From Macrostomum lignano (taxonomy: Eukaryota), in contig NIVC01001601.1 in the NCBI GenBank assembly GCA_002269645.1, positions 186,001 to 250,000 on the forward strand: a DNA stretch of 64,000 bases, in the 5' to 3' direction. A program made the translations under genes and the position numbers. Every line of letters begins with the position of its first letter. Position 1 is the stretch's first letter. Below, one piece after another: positions 59,041 to 64,000 of the stretch. The notes beneath the pieces are model-generated. The model was given only the letters and a program-made list of their open reading frames with translations. It was not told the origin of the DNA and searched no databases.

Positions 59041-62000
59041 CAAGAAAATTGGCTTAAGCTGGTCTAAATCTAATGTTAGACTGTCAAGCTACACAGATCA
59101 TCTCATACCAGTTCTGGGCGAAGCTGCTGTTACCGTAACTAACTATCAGGAAAGACAGTATCAACTGACTGCGCTTGTTGTGAAGGGAGACAGAGTGAAT
59201 CTTCTAGGTCGAGACTGGCTCTCTTCGTTGAAACTTGACTGGAGCAAGTTTGCCCATGTGGAAACAACAACGTTGGTTCCACCTATCGAGCGGTTTATGA
59301 AGAAGTATGATCAAGTGTTTGCTGAAAAACCTGGCACTATCAAAGGGTTAAAGGCCAGAATACTGTTGAAAGAAAACTACATTCCAAAGTTTTGCAAGAG
59401 TCGACCGGTGCCATTTGCGATCAAAGGCCTCATTGAAGAGGAGCTGGCGAATTTGGAAGCTCAAGGCATAATCAGTAAAGTGAGCGCATCAGACTTTGCA
59501 TCTCCGATTGTCCCAGTTTTGAAGCGCGATGGAAAATCCGTAAGGATTTGCGTTGATTTTAAGAGAACCGTTAATCCCCAATTGGAGGTTGACAAGTACC
59601 CTCTGCCGAGACCGGAAGAAATTTTCGCAACTCTGAATGGTGAAGAGTCTTCTCAAAATTGGATATTTCGCAAGCGTTTTTACAACTGAAACTGGAGGAT
59701 TCGTGCAAAAAGTTTGCTACAATTAACACACATTTGGATTGGTTCCAATACGAGCGACTAACAATGGGTCTGGCATCAGCTCCTGCGCAATTTCAAGAAG
59801 CGATGGAGAAAAGTTTACAAGGCTTGGAAGTAGTTGTCTATATAGACGACATTCTTGTACCCGGCAGTTGTTTGGAAGACCATGACAAAGGCTGGAAGCT
59901 GTATTAAAACGTCTTTTAGCTCACGGTGTGCATTTGAATAGGAAAAAGTGTGAATTTCGTCTAAACTGAATTGAATTTTTAGGCTACGTTATCGACGAAT
60001 CGGTAATCCATCCCTCGAAAGAGAAAGTTCAGGCATTTCATGAAGCTCCAACACCAACTAACGTGTCAGAGGTTTGTTCCTTGATAGGAATGATCAGCTA
60101 TTATGGAAAGTTTATTCCAAACCTATCGTCAATACTGGTACCTCTCAACAGACTGTTGCACAAAGACGCAGAGTTTCATTGGAGTGAGGCGTGTTCGGCA
60201 GCATTCGAGAAAGTGAAGTCAACTCTAACTTCTGAGCGTGTTCTGGCTCATTTTGATCCTAAGAAGCAGCTTGTGTTGCAAACGGATTCCTCTAAATATG
60301 GAATCGGGTGTGTCATCTCACATTTGATGCCGAATGGCGAGGAAAGGCCTGTAGCGTTTGCTTCGAGGACTCTAACAAAACCTGAGATCAACTACTCTCA
60401 ACTAGAGAAAGAAGCGCTGGCCATCGTCTTCGGAGTTAAAAGATTTCACCATCATCTTTTTGGACATCATTTTATACTGGTGACTGACCATAAACTCCTA
60501 CTGACCTTTTTTGGAGACAAGAAGGACATTCCGAGCATAGCAGCAACCCGACTTCAGCGCTGGGCCGTGTTGCTTTCTGCCCATCAGTATACCATCAAAT
60601 TCAGAAGAACAGAGGATCATTCTAATGCTGACGCACTTTCACGTCTCCCAGTACCTGGTAATATCAGCAAGGTTGATCGTGTCTTGGAGGTCAGGCTAGA
60701 AATGCTACCAGTGAATGCAGAAACAATACGAACCGAGACACAGAAAGATTCACAGCTTCAGAGAGTTGTTCGATACTGTCAAAATGGTTGGCCAGAGACC
60801 TGTGAGCAAGAGCTGGAACAGTTCTTCAGGAAGCGGAACGAGTTTTGCATTGAGCAAGGTGTGCTGTTTTGGGGAGTACGAGTCATTATTCCAAGTAGCT
60901 TACAACAGATTGTGTTAGAACTGCTTTACGATGGACATCCAGGAATTGTTGCAATGAAATCCATAGCTAGACTGCATGTATGGTTCCCAGGAATCGACAA
61001 GGCTATAGAAGCCCTAGTCCATAGTTGTGACGGCTGTCAGCTGCAAAGGGATTTGCCTGCACAAGCACCAGTTCAGCCTCTTGTCTGGCCAGAAAGGCCT
61101 TGGACTCGAATTCAACTGCACTACATGGGACCATTCCATGGATACTACTGGCTTGTTATAGTCGATGCAACAAGTAAATGGATTGAGATCCTTCCCATGA
61201 AGCACGCAACTACCAACAGGACGATAGAATGTCTACGAGAAACGTTCGCACGATTTGGCATCCCACAGCAAGTGTCGAGTGACAATGGTAGCCAATTCTT
61301 CTCAGCTGAGTTCCGTACTTTCTTAGAGCGGAATAACATCCGACAGATTTTGACAGCTGTTGGACATCCGCGTACCAACGGACTTAGTGAAAGAATGGTG
61401 CAAATAGCAAATTCTGCTATCAAAGCAGGAATTAAGACTCACGGTGATCCAATCTTGAGCATGCAGAACTTTCTCGTTCCGCTACCGCAGCACACCTCAT
61501 TCAACAACCGGTAGAACACCAGCAGAGATGATGTTATGCTACAGTCGCAGGACACGGTTGGATTTTCTCAAGCCGGATGCTTACTCAAGAGTGTTGAACA
61601 AGCAGACGGATGTCACTGAACGACAAGTAGAGAGAGGATCAACTATTCGAGGATTTCAAGGAGACTCAGTTCTGACGTTGGACTTCAGAATGGAGCGAGA
61701 GAATAGGTGGATTTCTGCCAAGGTGATCGCCCGCACAGGACCGCTGTCCTATAGATTGTTGGTTAACGGACAAGTCTGGAAGCGACACGTCGACCAAATT
61801 GTCAGTGCAGAATTACCTGGACAGAACAAGCCGGAGGCTCATCATCTACCGCCTATTCTGAAGGATCCTAGGAGGGTTTAGAGCGACAAAACTACCACCG
61901 AGAAAGAGCGGCGAGAGAGTGAATCAACTCAACCGGTCCAAGACGTGCCAAGCCGAGGAGAAGCTCAGGCAGCGGACACAGACCAGGATGACGCTGACCC

Positions 62001-62234
62001 TGGAGCAGAAGGCGTGGGCACAAGGTTACTGAGGGATCGAAGCAAATTGAGAAAACCGGATCGGTTGCAATACAGTGAATAATTCCGGATGACTGACAAT
62101 GCAACCAACTTTTTATTGACAAAAGGGGGAATGTTGTCCCGTATATTAACAGAGAAGACACAGAGTGTGCCCCCAGCCCAATGTTTTGTTGTCTAGGGCA
62201 CAACCTATTATTTTATAATAAAGTAGTTACAACA
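59036..62234 (+). mobile_element. Ty3/gypsy element C: 5'-truncated, decayed pol (protease tail, RT, RNase H, integrase), PPT and a 103-bp 3' LTR
   Basis: Motifs LLGRDW, SPIVPVLKRDG, YIDD, TDSSKYGIG, EKEALAIV, SDNGSQF, NGLSER. PPT AAAAGGGGGAA at 62121-62131. LTR TGTTGT...ACAACA at 62132-62234 contains AATAAA. Several frameshifts. Confidence 0.9.
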
Positions 62235-62379
62235 TGAATCCCAAGAGGAGTTTATATCAACCGGAGCAATACGATTGCTCGAACCGCTTAAGGCCATTGC
62301 CTTCTTACTTAAATGTAGCAGCTCCAAGTCGGAGCAGAAGACATAACAAGAGTCAGTTAATTTCAGTCACTGGATAAAA

Positions 62380-63625
62380 AATTCAGTCCTTGTAGATTTT
62401 CACGCCGCTCCGAGCAGCGCGGGGTGCGGGCGCAGCGCCAGCAGGGAGACGGGTGGGTCTCGGTTGGCCTCGCCTGGAGCTCTTAGTGCAGCGGTTTGCG
62501 GCTGGGCGATGGCGTCGACCAAGTCGGGGCTGCCGCCAGCGGGTTGTGCCATCCCGGCGTAGCAGCAGCGAGTTGCCGGCCACCCGCTGGACCGCCCAGG
62601 CAGCGTTCTAGAACGGCGTCTGCGTCTTGCTGGCACCGACCCGCCGTCGTAGCACCGAGTCGCCGACCTGGACGTTGTGCCGCCGTGGTCGCCTTTTTGC
62701 GTCCGCGTGCTGCTTCATCGCCGCCTTGGCGCCGGCGTCCGCGTCTCTTAGCCGCTGCTCGTCGATGCGGACTCGCTTGGAGGGCCGGGCGGCGGGAATG
62801 ACGTCATTTGGCCGCCGGCCCATTAGCAGCTCGGCTGGTGCGCGCCCGGTAGCCGTGTGCGGCGTGTTCCTGTAGGCCAGCAGCCACTCGTCCAGAGCAG
62901 CCCTCCAGTCTCGCCGCTCCTCGATGGCTGCGCGCACGACTTTGTTGATGGAGCGGTTCAGCCGCTCCTTCATGCCGTTGGCCGCTAGGTAGTAGGGCGT
63001 GATGAGGCAATGCTTGATCGCGTAGCTCGCCAGGAACCGGCCGAATCCTTGGACGAGAAGGGCGGTCCATTGTCTGTCACGAGCTCCTGCAGGATCCCGA
63101 AGCAAGCGAACATCTCTCGTAGGCGGAGAATCAATGCCTCAGCCGTCGTCGTCTGCATGAGCTGCACCACCGGGAACTTCGAGTAGCGGTCCCACGAAAT
63201 CGGCGCCGATCGACAGCCAGGCGCCCGCAGAGGCGTGGCCCGGACGGTGGTGTGTGCGGCGCAGCTGCGGCATCGACTGACGAACTCCTCCTATTAAGTT
63301 GCCATTCTCGGCCACCAGACCTTTGTGGCGAGCCTCGCGATCGTCTTCTGCGAGCACTGTTGCCCTTGGTGTGCCAGTTCGAGCATCTGCTGCCGCAGCT
63401 CAGCTGGCACGACGATTCACTGGTGCCGAAGGAGGACCCCGTCCGCCACAGACAGCTCCTCTCGCAGCGCGTGGAGCGAACGTATCTCTGCGTTGGAGTG
63501 ATCCCACCGGCCGCCTTGCGTCGCCGCTATCGCCACCCGGATGACTGGGTCGCTGGCAGAGCTCTTGCGGATGTCCTCGAGCGTCAGCGCCATCGGCACA
63601 GCCACCTGCGCCACCTCGTTGATAT
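62380..63625 (-). mobile_element. GC-rich Ty3/gypsy integrase fragment (element D), decayed
   Basis: EELSVADGVLLR, LVTDNGPPFSS, ANGMKERLNRS and LLAYRNTPHTATGRAPAELLMGR are spread over several frames. Confidence 0.85.
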
Positions 63626-63627
63626 GT

Positions 63628-63700
63628 TTATCTTGTCAGTTACATTTTAAAAGTCTCGAAGTCACGATTCCTATACAGTGAAAAACCAAGCTGGATGAAA
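63628..63700. repeat. Second copy of the ~70-bp repeat at 45576-45645
   Basis: Direct sequence match; it begins where element D breaks off. Confidence 0.8.
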
Positions 63701-64000
63701 CATATTAGGCTTCTGCTTTTAGTCAATTTTCACCGACAGCTGGAACCATGGAAGCAAATCAACGCGAGCTTCGAAATAGTCCTCGACGACGAGAGGCTCT
63801 GATATGGTCAAGGTGACGTGACGGTCCCACAATTAAGTGCGCCTGTACTGCAAGATCAGTGAAGAGAAGCACAACTTGTTCAGGAATTTTGTACTGGCCG
63901 CCTCCTTAAGATGCCCCTGTGCCGGTGACGAATTCTGGTGACAAACAGACTGGCCGAGGAGGCGATAGTGGATGTCACAGCGGCGCAAAGTGGGGCGGTC

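Overview
This window is eukaryotic (metazoan) genomic DNA, not prokaryotic. It has GC-rich exons with GT-AG introns, poly-Q/A/P tracts, abundant minisatellites and LTR/LINE debris. The style suggests a free-living flatworm such as Macrostomum (inference only). It divides into three parts. (1) 0.6-28.3 kb holds four head-to-tail minus-strand genes that I spliced by hand: an IRS/chico-like insulin receptor substrate (7 exons, 723 aa), a PHF20-like Tudor-ZnF-PHD protein (3 exons), a TMEM59-like protein (4 exons) and NUDT2 (2 exons, 147 aa). Eleven of their 12 introns carry a minisatellite, each with a different unit, and several units are made of splice-site sequence. (2) 30-39 kb is AT-rich spacer with two MITEs and a foldback repeat. 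(3) 39-64 kb is an accessory island. It contains a 3-exon, ~1544-aa ankyrin-repeat + Mab-21/cGAS-like nucleotidyltransferase gene with an apparently intact catalytic triad, a secreted fibrinogen-domain lectin, a LINE interrupted by a BEL/Pao LTR element, and nested Ty3/gypsy fragments. The best candidates for novelty are the ANK-cGLR fusion and the splice-site-bearing minisatellites. No database search was possible, so family calls come from motif recognition.
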